Part shown: in pieces, positions 47,500 through 54,166 of the stretch
Layout of the letters: the number at the start of each line of letters is the position of its first letter
How positions within the stretch are numbered: position 1 is the first letter of the stretch
Source of the DNA: Dehalococcoidia bacterium
GTDB taxonomy: Bacteria > Chloroflexota > Dehalococcoidia > GIF9 > UBA5629
Length of the DNA stretch: 54,166 nucleotides
Direction: 5' to 3'
Assembly: GCA_049694415.1 (NCBI GenBank)
Contig: JBAVQV010000021.1
Span: 1-54,166 of the forward strand
Notes under the pieces: model-generated
Databases searched by the model: none
Told to the model about the DNA's origin: nothing
The model's input: the letters and a program-made list of their open reading frames with translations, nothing else
Position numbers and translations under genes: made by a program

Positions 47500-47964
47500 T
47501 TATGGATTATGCTCATAAGCATGAGTATACCTTGACCAAACGCTTACAGTTTTTTTAACAATTGTTTTCTGGGGTATGAGTTTGTTTGGTGGAATCACGT
47601 GTGTGTCCACATTAACCTGACCTCTAAGAGGTACATGTGCGGTAACCACCTCTTCTTCATTTGGAGCTAGCTGTATGCTTTCAATTGTTGATTCCTTTTC
47701 AATACCATTGTCAAAAACAAAATTTAGGCTGAATGTACCAGTGAGATTATCAGTGTTTTGGATGCTTTGTTGTGCTTCCCTCCAAGGAATTAGATACAGT
47801 ATGGGCTTGTTCACAACTGTTACTGGTGAAGTCTCAAAGGAATAAGGTTCAGATGTGAAGTGAATCTCGGTCACATCTACAGGCACGATTTCCCACCGCC
47901 AAATAAGAAGTGCTAATACAATTAATACTACAATGCCGATAATGGTGTCTTTCATAGTCTCCAA
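47500..47964 (-). CDS. Hypothetical single-pass membrane protein with beta-rich ectodomain
   Basis: 154 aa with an N-terminal TM helix (IIGIVVLIVLALLIW). Confidence 0.4.
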   Translation of the reverse strand: METMKDTIIGIVVLIVLALLIWRWEIVPVDVTEIHFTSEPYSFETSPVTVVNKPILYLIPWREAQQSIQNTDNLTGTFSLNFVFDNGIEKESTIESIQLAPNEEEVVTAHVPLRGQVNVDTHVIPPNKLIPQKTIVKKTVSVWSRYTHAYEHNP

Positions 47965-48020
47965 ATATTTTCCAATCCTAATTATTCAAGCTGCTGGCGT
48001 ACAAGCCAGGAAATGTTCAA

Positions 48021-48194
48021 CTATTGTATTCGCCTATGTCTCACCTTATTGATATCGCTAAGCCTTATATAAATTTTACCACTCGGATTCGGACGATATG
48101 CGACAATCACCCCATTTGCAATCCAATTACGTAACGTTTGAGGATGTATCCTCAACCTTCTTGCAGCCTCTCTCAGTGTAAGAAACTCCGCCAT
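48021..48194 (-). CDS. Excisionase-type (MerR-like) helix-turn-helix DNA-binding protein
   Basis: 57-aa ORF below the ORF-track cutoff: MAEFLTLREAARRLRIHPQTLRNWIANGVIVAYRPNPSGKIYIRLSDINKVRHRRIQ. This is the classic Xis-family HTH pattern. Confidence 0.65.
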   Translation of the reverse strand: MAEFLTLREAARRLRIHPQTLRNWIANGVIVAYRPNPSGKIYIRLSDINKVRHRRIQ

Positions 48195-48359
48195 TTTGAT
48201 ATATTTTATATAGTTTTATAACGTTTGTCAAAGATTTGATAACTACCAAGGCAAATTACGTTCAAAAGATTGTTAACCAAGTGTTTTTAATAGCGCTATG
48301 TTGTGGTAGGTGTCGTATTCAAATGGTTTGGCTAAGAATCAAAAGGTAAGATTGCAGCC

Positions 48360-48373
48360 AGTCCGGTGGATAG
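48360..48373 (+). repeat. Integrase-tail core repeat, copy 2
   Basis: Exact AGTCCGGTGGATAG. The wider unit AATCAAAAGGTAAGATTGCAGCCAGTCCGGTGGATAGATTGATGCATTAG closely matches copy 4. Confidence 0.8.
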
Positions 48374-48527
48374 ATTGATGCATTAGGGTACGAGGCGGTG
48401 GAGAGTAATAGGAAGTGTGGGCTGGTGGATATACTAAAATGAATTTTGTTTAATGTCTAAAGATGGCTTTCGCTGGGGGACCTTGAACCTCATATTAACA
48501 GACTATGCGGCAATCGATGCCCTGGAA

Positions 48528-48683
48528 TTAAGTTACCTCGCCTGAAAGTGCCCTGCGCAATGTCTTATTTCCACATTTTGGACAAGGGGCTTCTTTCACT
48601 AGTTTCCCCTTAGGAACAGCAACTTTGCCTTTAAAATCACAGTTCCCGCAAACGACTGCTTCTTGATAAGTTTCATCGCTCAT
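48528..48683 (-). CDS. Small zinc-ribbon protein
   Basis: 51-aa ORF below the track cutoff: MSDETYQEAVVCGNCDFKGKVAVPKGKLVKEAPCPKCGNKTLRRALSGEVT (CxxC...CxxC). The RBS AAGGAGA lies upstream. Confidence 0.45.
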   Translation of the reverse strand: MSDETYQEAVVCGNCDFKGKVAVPKGKLVKEAPCPKCGNKTLRRALSGEVT

Positions 48684-48965
48684 TTCTCTATCTCCTTGCC
48701 TTGGTCATAAATATTATATCATACTGATAATATCATTCTAGTGTCGATCGCTTTGTTAGCCCGAATGTATTACTCTAGATGAGTGCCAATTCAAAATCGA
48801 AATTCTTCCCACACGCGTTGCTCCGGTCTCGCTGGTCAGATCTGCATAAGTTTTTAGGCATCCCGGCTTGTGATGTGGACGCTATTTCTATCGTTTGACT
48901 ATGAATCAAACGGTATAAATAAACGTGGTTGCTCTTGGTCACTGTAACTTTAGGATGTGGTAGCT

Positions 48966-48979
48966 AGTCCGGTGGATAG
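48966..48979 (+). repeat. Integrase-tail core repeat, copy 3
   Basis: Exact AGTCCGGTGGATAG. The unit begins TGACTATGAATCAAACGGTATAAATAAACG, which is similar to copy 6. Confidence 0.8.
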
Positions 48980-49103
48980 ACTGGTTAGATAGGGACGATT
49001 GTATGTCCAGCAACAGCCTGATTCAATTGCTGGCGGTTTCCGTTTTGGCATATTGTAACTCTTACTTAAAAATTAGTATACTTCTCGGATAAGTTAGTGA
49101 AGG

Positions 49104-49730
49104 ATGGCTGATATGAAGAGGCATCTTATGGTATGCATGTATGGTCTACTCTGTTTGTCGATGATCGCTGTGTTGGTTGGTTGCACTCCAGCTTCTCCAC
49201 CCTCTGCCCCAGTTACCCCAGTACAACCTACGCCAATACCACCTGTTACTCCGTCTCAAGCCGCATTAGAAGATTTAAAGTTGCCGGCGCATGGTGATAC
49301 AACTCTGCTCACGAATGTTATATCGCCTCCTGATGAAGGACGTGATCATATATGGCCAGACCATCCGGTCGAGTACAAAACAATGCCGCCAACGTCAGGG
49401 CCGCATTTTCCAGATCCTACGGCTCCAGGGTTCTATACTACACGACCTGCATTCGGGTACCTGGTTCATAGCCTTGAGCATGGCTCAGTTGTTGTCTATT
49501 ATGATCCATCTCAACTTACTCCTGAAATCGAAAGGAGCTTAAAGGCATTTATAAAGGCAAACAGTGATCCCGAAGTGGGGATTGTCGCAGTTCCAGACGC
49601 AGATTTTAAATATCCTTTTATACTTACTGCCTGGGATAAGATGCTTCAGCTTAATAAGTATGACCCCCAAGTCGTAAGAGCTTTTTTAGCGGAGTTTCTA
49701 GGGCGTGGGCCTGAGTCGCCAAGCCGTTGA
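49104..49730 (+). CDS. DUF3105-like lipoprotein
   Basis: Lipobox LVGC and a Pro-rich linker, followed by PPTSGPH and HSLEHGSVVVYY motifs typical of DUF3105. Confidence 0.65.
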   Translation: MADMKRHLMVCMYGLLCLSMIAVLVGCTPASPPSAPVTPVQPTPIPPVTPSQAALEDLKLPAHGDTTLLTNVISPPDEGRDHIWPDHPVEYKTMPPTSGPHFPDPTAPGFYTTRPAFGYLVHSLEHGSVVVYYDPSQLTPEIERSLKAFIKANSDPEVGIVAVPDADFKYPFILTAWDKMLQLNKYDPQVVRAFLAEFLGRGPESPSR

Positions 49731-50062
49731 GGACCCTACTAACTTATGGCTTGATTTTACGCGGTGTCATACACCACTTTGCCTCGAATATATACTCGTC
49801 AGGGCAGTATGATATTCAAAGATTTCGCGGTTCTGTTTCTGATTTTGATAGATTGGGCGTAGTAGTTATCCGAGGCCCTACATTCTGCAAATCCTCAACA
49901 ATTTAGCTCACAAGAGCGAAATCGTCGCAATAACTCGTGCATCAGCGTGCAGAAGCAGCGGCTCAAACTCGCTCTGCACTCAAAGCGATGCAGGGAACCA
50001 TTCAGCCTAGCAAATTACTGTTCAAACCTTATGATTCACAATCAAACGGTTAGATTGCAGCT

Positions 50063-50076
50063 AGTCCGGTGGATAG
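50063..50076 (+). repeat. Integrase-tail core repeat, copy 4
   Basis: Exact AGTCCGGTGGATAG within AATCAAACGGTTAGATTGCAGCTAGTCCGGTGGATAGGTTGATACGTTAG. Confidence 0.8.
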
Positions 50077-50121
50077 GTTGATACGTTAGACTATGATGCG
50101 GTGGAGGCACATAAGAGATTT

Positions 50122-50131
50122 AGTCCGGTGG
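50122..50131 (+). repeat. Integrase-tail core repeat, partial copy 5
   Basis: AGTCCGGTGG is followed by the divergent CTGGGTTGAGGTAA, 46 nt after copy 4. Confidence 0.5.
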
Positions 50132-50243
50132 CTGGGTTGAGGTAACAGCGGGATGGAGTAGGTTAAACATACCTATTGACTTTTTATAATCAGTCTAGTA
50201 AAATGCTGAACGCAAAAAACTAATAATTAAGAGGAGGTTATTT

Positions 50244-50609
50244 ATGGTCAAAACCTGGGGATGGATCAGTTTCATACTATTTTGCCTTGGCGTCATACTA
50301 GCTGTTGTCGGAGGTTTAGTATTTCCAGAGAGCATAGTCATTGCATTAATACTTGTCATTTTCGGCCTTATAATCGGTATTATACATGTCAGTATTGACA
50401 AAGAAGGAAAAGGACTGGTTATCCTGCTCCTGGCCACGATAGCAATATTGGCAATGACGGCAGCCTTTTCTCCGGTTACATTTTTGGGCTTCGGTAAAAT
50501 GGCGGCCAGCATATTAGTAAATTTTGCCGCGCTAATGGCACCTGTGGCCCTCGTCGCTGCAATAAAGGCGCTGCTGCAACTATTTCTCGGACCACAAGTT
50601 AAAATCTAG
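50244..50609 (+). CDS. Hypothetical 4-TM membrane protein
   Basis: 121-aa hydrophobic ORF with the RBS AGAGGAGG 7 nt upstream. Confidence 0.45.
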   Translation: MVKTWGWISFILFCLGVILAVVGGLVFPESIVIALILVIFGLIIGIIHVSIDKEGKGLVILLLATIAILAMTAAFSPVTFLGFGKMAASILVNFAALMAPVALVAAIKALLQLFLGPQVKI

Positions 50610-50610
50610 C

Positions 50611-50700
50611 TAGTCTTAAATCAACAAGACTAAATTGTCATTCATCTGAGACAGGTCGCTTTTACTTAAGTGTGAAAGATGGCCTGTCTCATTATTATTG
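50611..50700 (+). terminator. Two hairpins downstream of the 121-aa membrane protein gene
   Basis: TAGTCTT-aaatcaac-AAGACTA (50611-50632), then TGAGACAGG pairing with CCTGTCTCA (50647-50691), followed by TTATTATT. Confidence 0.35.
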
Positions 50701-50844
50701 ACCACGTACGCGAGGTTTTCAAATAAGCGAGAACAGGCAGGTGTTGTATTTAGACGGTTTGACTCTCAATCAAACCCTATAAATAAACGCAGTTGCTTTT
50801 GGGCACTATGGTATGAGGATACTTGCATGGGACAGGTTAAAGCC

Positions 50845-50858
50845 AGTCCGGTGGATAG
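50845..50858 (+). repeat. Integrase-tail core repeat, copy 6
   Basis: Exact AGTCCGGTGGATAG. The unit begins TGACTCTCAATCAAACCCTATAAATAAACG. Confidence 0.8.
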
Positions 50859-50924
50859 ACTGATACATCAAAGCATATATGGGCAGGCAGTCTTGGATTC
50901 ATTTATTTAGCTTCGACTACAACA

Positions 50925-51617
50925 TTACCAGACAGGCGGGATTAGCCGGTATTTCACTTGCTTGGCGTACTCTCTATAACCTGACATTTCATTTTGCAGT
51001 GTGCGGTCTTCCAGCGCCGTGCGGATTACTATTATTATTGTCAATATGCCGCTCAGCACAAAGCCCCACCATGAACCTAAAATCAATGGATAGGCTAATA
51101 TTGAAATGATTAAACCGGCATATCCCGGATGTCTCATTATCTTGTATGGGCCAGATGTACAAACATATTGTTGTCTGTTATCCTGGATGCGCACCGTCCA
51201 TTCAAAGAATTTATTGACGGCCATTGCCCATGTGCCGATCACAAAGGCAGGTATTATTATTACTATGCCCAAAATAGCCAGCCAGAAAGGCATAAACGAC
51301 CATTGAAATCTAACTGCATCGAACCCCATGACGACCAGGTTGCCAAAGGTTAGTACGGGATAAATGGCTACCCATACCTTATCAAAGCCTTTTGTACCTT
51401 CCTTGACAACGCTGCCGCGTTCATTCAACATCTCCGGATTCACTCTTGCCAGCACTACTGTACTTATCACCCAATAAATTGAAACCAGGCCAACGTATAC
51501 CCACGCGTTTATCCAGGCAAGTGTACCCGCTGATATGAATAGGATTGCAAATCCGATGATTATAAGAATTGATTGTACAATGATCCCTCTAATGCCGAAG
51601 TGATTTAGACTGCTCAC
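50925..51617 (-). CDS. Isoprenylcysteine carboxyl methyltransferase (ICMT)/phospholipid methyltransferase-family membrane protein
   Basis: 230 aa, multi-TM. GPYKIMRHPGYAGL...ALEDRTLQNEMSGYREYAKQVKYRLIPPVW is the family signature. Confidence 0.75.
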   Translation of the reverse strand: MSSLNHFGIRGIIVQSILIIIGFAILFISAGTLAWINAWVYVGLVSIYWVISTVVLARVNPEMLNERGSVVKEGTKGFDKVWVAIYPVLTFGNLVVMGFDAVRFQWSFMPFWLAILGIVIIIPAFVIGTWAMAVNKFFEWTVRIQDNRQQYVCTSGPYKIMRHPGYAGLIISILAYPLILGSWWGFVLSGILTIIIVIRTALEDRTLQNEMSGYREYAKQVKYRLIPPVW

Positions 51618-51666
51618 CTCTCACCTCCGATACGTTTCAGAAGTATTATATATCTGCATACTTCCG

Positions 51667-51687
51667 AATGGAATGCCACTAACGTAT
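51667..51687 (+). repeat. Decayed integrase box-II remnant (pairs with 47163-47183)
   Basis: AATGGAATGCCACTAACGTAT is followed by GACTATGGATCAAATGG, which resembles the start of repeat units 3 and 6. Confidence 0.55.
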
Positions 51688-51742
51688 GACTATGGATCAA
51701 ATGGATACCGGATAAAGTCCCAATGCCAACAAGGAGTTTGAA

Positions 51743-52003
51743 TCAGATAAGTCGATCCCCATCAGCTCCACCACGCTGTACGGAACAAAGAACTCCCACT
51801 CTCTCTTGAGATATTCCTTGTGGAGGGAGGGGTATAGTATAGGTCAACAGCACTTCGTCACCTGTTACCTGCATTTCCTTAACAAAGCTCCTAATAAAAG
51901 CCTTCCTTTCTGTTAAGGAACTCTCATTAAGCAAGTTGCGTAGGTCAGCCACATACTGTGTCACCGTTTCCAGATTGGCTAACTCAACTCGCCTATTTGA
52001 CAA
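51743..52003 (-). pseudogene. C-terminal remnant of a large serine recombinase, 3' end reading through the att repeat
   Basis: 86 codons bounded by an upstream in-frame TAG, with only a TTG start. LRNLLNESSLTERKAFIRSFVKEMQVTGDEVLLTYTIPLPP resembles the C-terminal coiled-coil tail of large serine recombinases. This rests on recognition only, not an alignment. Confidence 0.5.
51758..51773 (+). repeat. Direct repeat of the tRNA-Ala 3' end (att-type island boundary)
   Basis: CCCATCAGCTCCACCA is identical to tRNA positions 43881-43896. It extends to 22 nt with 2 mismatches (TCGATCCCC against TCGAATCCC). Confidence 0.75.
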
Positions 52004-52064
52004 AAGAGCAAGATAGTTCCACTAAGAGCCACCTCCCGAGCCAGTATCATCAACTACTACAGGC

Positions 52065-52214
52065 TTAAAAATGCAGGTTGGCTACGATTGCCCATATTCC
52101 GACGATGATAAGATAAATACCGACTATGTAATTAAGTATCCTGGGAAAAATCATTACGATGATGCCAAAAACAAGCGTGATAATTCCCCATAGCAGACCT
52201 GTTGGTTGCCACAT
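52065..52214 (-). CDS. Tiny two-helix membrane protein (DUF3096-like), type B, second copy
   Basis: 49-aa ORF below the track cutoff: MWQPTGLLWGIITLVFGIIVMIFPRILNYIVGIYLIIVGIWAIVANLHF. RBS AAGGAGG. Confidence 0.6.
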   Translation of the reverse strand: MWQPTGLLWGIITLVFGIIVMIFPRILNYIVGIYLIIVGIWAIVANLHF

Positions 52215-52297
52215 AATTACCTCCTTCTTAATTAAACTTAATAAAAAGCAACTCGTTCACAAACTTAAACTAATGTTGCTTATACTGACTGTTACTT

Positions 52298-52444
52298 TTA
52301 CCTAGCAACAGCCACAATAGCCAGAATACCGATCACAATTAGGTAAATGCCAACGATCCACGGCAACAAGCTGGGTATCCAGATGATCAAGATACCCGCT
52401 ATTATGGATAGTATCCCCATTACTAAACCACTTACTTTAGGCAT
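52298..52444 (-). CDS. Tiny two-helix membrane protein (DUF3096-like), type A, second copy
   Basis: 48-aa ORF below the track cutoff: MPKVSGLVMGILSIIAGILIIWIPSLLPWIVGIYLIVIGILAIVAVAR. RBS AAGGAGGAG. Confidence 0.6.
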   Translation of the reverse strand: MPKVSGLVMGILSIIAGILIIWIPSLLPWIVGIYLIVIGILAIVAVAR

Positions 52445-52615
52445 AATAAAACTCCTCCTTTCTTATAATTTAGCTACATATTAATTAGTTGATAATGTAA
52501 TAGTCATATAATTTAAGAGCAAAATATTAAAAAGTTATGACAATTTTGGATTGTTTCTAGCCGTGATAGAGGATATTATTGAAGACTTGGTGGACAGGGA
52601 TTTTCTTGAAAATAG

Positions 52616-53335
52616 TCAGGGCTGGGATTTTTTTAAAATATAGCCCATTTTAGTGACGGTAAGAATGATTTGGGGATCATCAGGTTTCTCCTCGATTTTA
52701 CTTCTCAGACGGCTAATCCATGTCCTGAGGAATTGAACGTCATCACGGTATTCAGCCCCCCAGACGCGGACTAAAAGCTCCTCATAGGTCATGAGACGGT
52801 CAGCATTTAATGCTAATTCGCTGAGCAAGAGCCATTCGATCCGGGTTAAGTATATTATGTTGCCTCTAACCATTACCTTATGTGCCTTGAAATCGATGGT
52901 TATATCGCCCAAAGAAAGCTCATCTGGAATTTTAGGTTCGTTGGGTCTAAACCGGCGCATCACTGCTTCAATTCTGGATACCAGTTCATCAGGACTAAAA
53001 GGCTTTGCTATATAGTCATCGGCCCCCATGTCAAGCCCTGTTATTTTGTCACGTTCATCTCCCTTGGCGCTGAGAAATATGACAGGCACCGTTGAAAAAC
53101 CACGTATCTCTTTAAGCACATCAAACCCATTCATTTCAGGCATGAGTATGTCAAGCAAGATCAGGTCGGGATGGCTGGCATGAAACTGCTCTAAAGCCTC
53201 AAGACCGTTGCTCGCAGTTACCACTTCATATCCCAGTGCTCTCAGGTTTGACTTGAGAAATTTTAGGATCCGTATCTCGTCGTCAACCACCAGTAACCGG
53301 TACTTTTTCACACTCTGTTGTCGACTAGCCATCAT
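52616..53335 (-). CDS. OmpR-family response regulator
   Basis: Receiver domain (LLVVDDE...DLILLDILMP...LSAKG) plus a winged-helix output domain (LTRIEWLLLSEL...VWG...LRTWISRLRSKIE). ATG 53335 is preferred over the TTG at 53356. Confidence 0.9.
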   Translation of the reverse strand: MMASRQQSVKKYRLLVVDDEIRILKFLKSNLRALGYEVVTASNGLEALEQFHASHPDLILLDILMPEMNGFDVLKEIRGFSTVPVIFLSAKGDERDKITGLDMGADDYIAKPFSPDELVSRIEAVMRRFRPNEPKIPDELSLGDITIDFKAHKVMVRGNIIYLTRIEWLLLSELALNADRLMTYEELLVRVWGAEYRDDVQFLRTWISRLRSKIEEKPDDPQIILTVTKMGYILKKSQP

Positions 53336-53383
53336 GCCTGCTATAATAATATTCAAATTGACCAGATGTCAAGATACGTGCTG

Positions 53384-53412
53384 TTGACAAATATTGAGCT
53401 GTATCATATAAA
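53384..53412 (+). promoter_or_regulatory. Putative promoter of the PAS sensor gene
   Basis: TTGACA, a 17-nt spacer, then TATAAA, in the divergent intergenic region. Confidence 0.4.
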
Positions 53413-53480
53413 TTAGTTATGCGCGGAAATGCCAGGCAGGTTCGAGCCATCACAACTGGCATTATGGTGGGAGTCATGAT

Positions 53481-54166
53481 ATGAAAGAAAGCCGAAAAAC
53501 AAAAGCTCAACTTATTGACGAACTGGACTTATTGCGTCAGAGGATTAAAAAAAAGGACATAGCAAAAACCAGGGGTGATAGTGCAAAGCAACGTTTGAAG
53601 GATTCTGAAATTCGCTATAGACGCCTTTTTGAAACAGCACAGGATGGGATATTGATTCTCGATGCAGGAACTGGTCAAATAACAGATGTCAATCCGTTTT
53701 TGATGGACATGCTGGGATATCCCCATAAGGAATTTATAGGAAAGAGGCTTTGGGAGATAGGACCATTCAAAGACGTTGAGGCAAGTAAAACCGCCTATCG
53801 AGAATTGCAGGACAAAGATTACGTACGTTATGAGAATTTACCACTTGAAACCAGGGACAAACGTCAAATCCAGGTTGAATTTGTATCCAATATATATAAA
53901 GTCAATCATTCCCGCGTTATCCAGTGCAATATCCGCGATATAACAGAACGCAAACAGATTGAAAGGCAGCTGAGATTTCATGCAGAGGTGCTCGACCAGA
54001 TTAGTGATGCGGTAGTTGTCATTGATAATAAGCGCATAGTAAATTACTGGAATAAAGGTGCAGAACGACTGTATGGCTTAAGTGAGGAGGAGGCGTCTGG
54101 ACAACCTCTAGGGGAACTTTATCAACATCTCTGGTTGAAACCCGAAGATGAGCAGGCTTCAGTACA
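53481..54166 (+). CDS. PAS-domain sensor protein (probable histidine kinase), 5' partial in window
   Basis: The open frame runs from ATG 53481 (RBS GGTGGGAG) off the window end. A coiled-coil leader precedes the PAS signature YRRLFETAQDGILILDAGTGQITDVNPFLMDMLGY...FIGKRLWEIG, and a second PAS domain starts at EVLDQISDAVVVID. Confidence 0.75.
   Translation, partial: MKESRKTKAQLIDELDLLRQRIKKKDIAKTRGDSAKQRLKDSEIRYRRLFETAQDGILILDAGTGQITDVNPFLMDMLGYPHKEFIGKRLWEIGPFKDVEASKTAYRELQDKDYVRYENLPLETRDKRQIQVEFVSNIYKVNHSRVIQCNIRDITERKQIERQLRFHAEVLDQISDAVVVIDNKRIVNYWNKGAERLYGLSEEEASGQPLGELYQHLWLKPEDEQASV

Larger units (their letters stand above)
43897..51773 (+). mobile_element. Genomic island integrated at the tRNA-Ala 3' end (decayed)
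   Basis: It is bounded by the tRNA and a 16-nt exact direct repeat of the tRNA 3' end at 51758-51773. It contains an integrase fragment, an Xis-like HTH gene, AT-richer cargo and repeated integrase-tail remnants. Confidence 0.65.

Noticed and set aside
1-54166. Scan for CRISPR arrays, rRNA genes, IS elements with terminal inverted repeats, and additional tRNAs.
   Set aside because: None were found by eye. The only regularly recurring short repeat is the integrase-tail 14-mer, whose spacing (0.06-2.4 kb) and coding-derived nature do not fit a CRISPR array.

Overview
This is about 54 kb of bacterial chromosome. Gene content and the chaperone and regulator set give a Chloroflexota/Dehalococcoidia-like impression, but that is inference only. 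The housekeeping backbone is: a marR-adaptor-adaptor-MFS efflux operon; CIRCE-hrcA-grpE-dnaK; a DksA/TraR-like gene with lspA and rluD; gltX; fpg; polA; argF; der-plsY-gpsA; dnaJ; a second J-protein-hspR-like-small ORF-clpB operon; and tRNA-Ala(GGC). Three accessory segments interrupt it. (i) 16.0-22.2 kb holds two FHA proteins, a membrane Ser/Thr kinase, a deleted kinase paralog and three tandem paralogous membrane proteins. The FHA/kinase part is bracketed by the intact gltX 3' end and a decayed second copy of it. (ii) 24.1-27.6 kb is a sharply AT-rich three-gene operon downstream of polA. It encodes an RnlA/LsoA-like HEPN RNase, a catalytically intact RNase HIII-type enzyme and a TPR protein with a degenerate cold-shock-like C-terminus. 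I consider this the best candidate for an undescribed defence or abortive-infection system. (iii) 43.9-51.8 kb is an island at tRNA-Ala, closed by a 16-nt direct repeat of the tRNA 3' end. Decayed copies of one tyrosine-integrase 3' end divide it into small cassettes. A serine-recombinase remnant follows, apparently starting a second island that carries a duplicate pair of tiny membrane proteins and a two-component system. I found no rRNA and no CRISPR array. All calls rest on reading the ORF translations and the DNA by eye; no database search was run.
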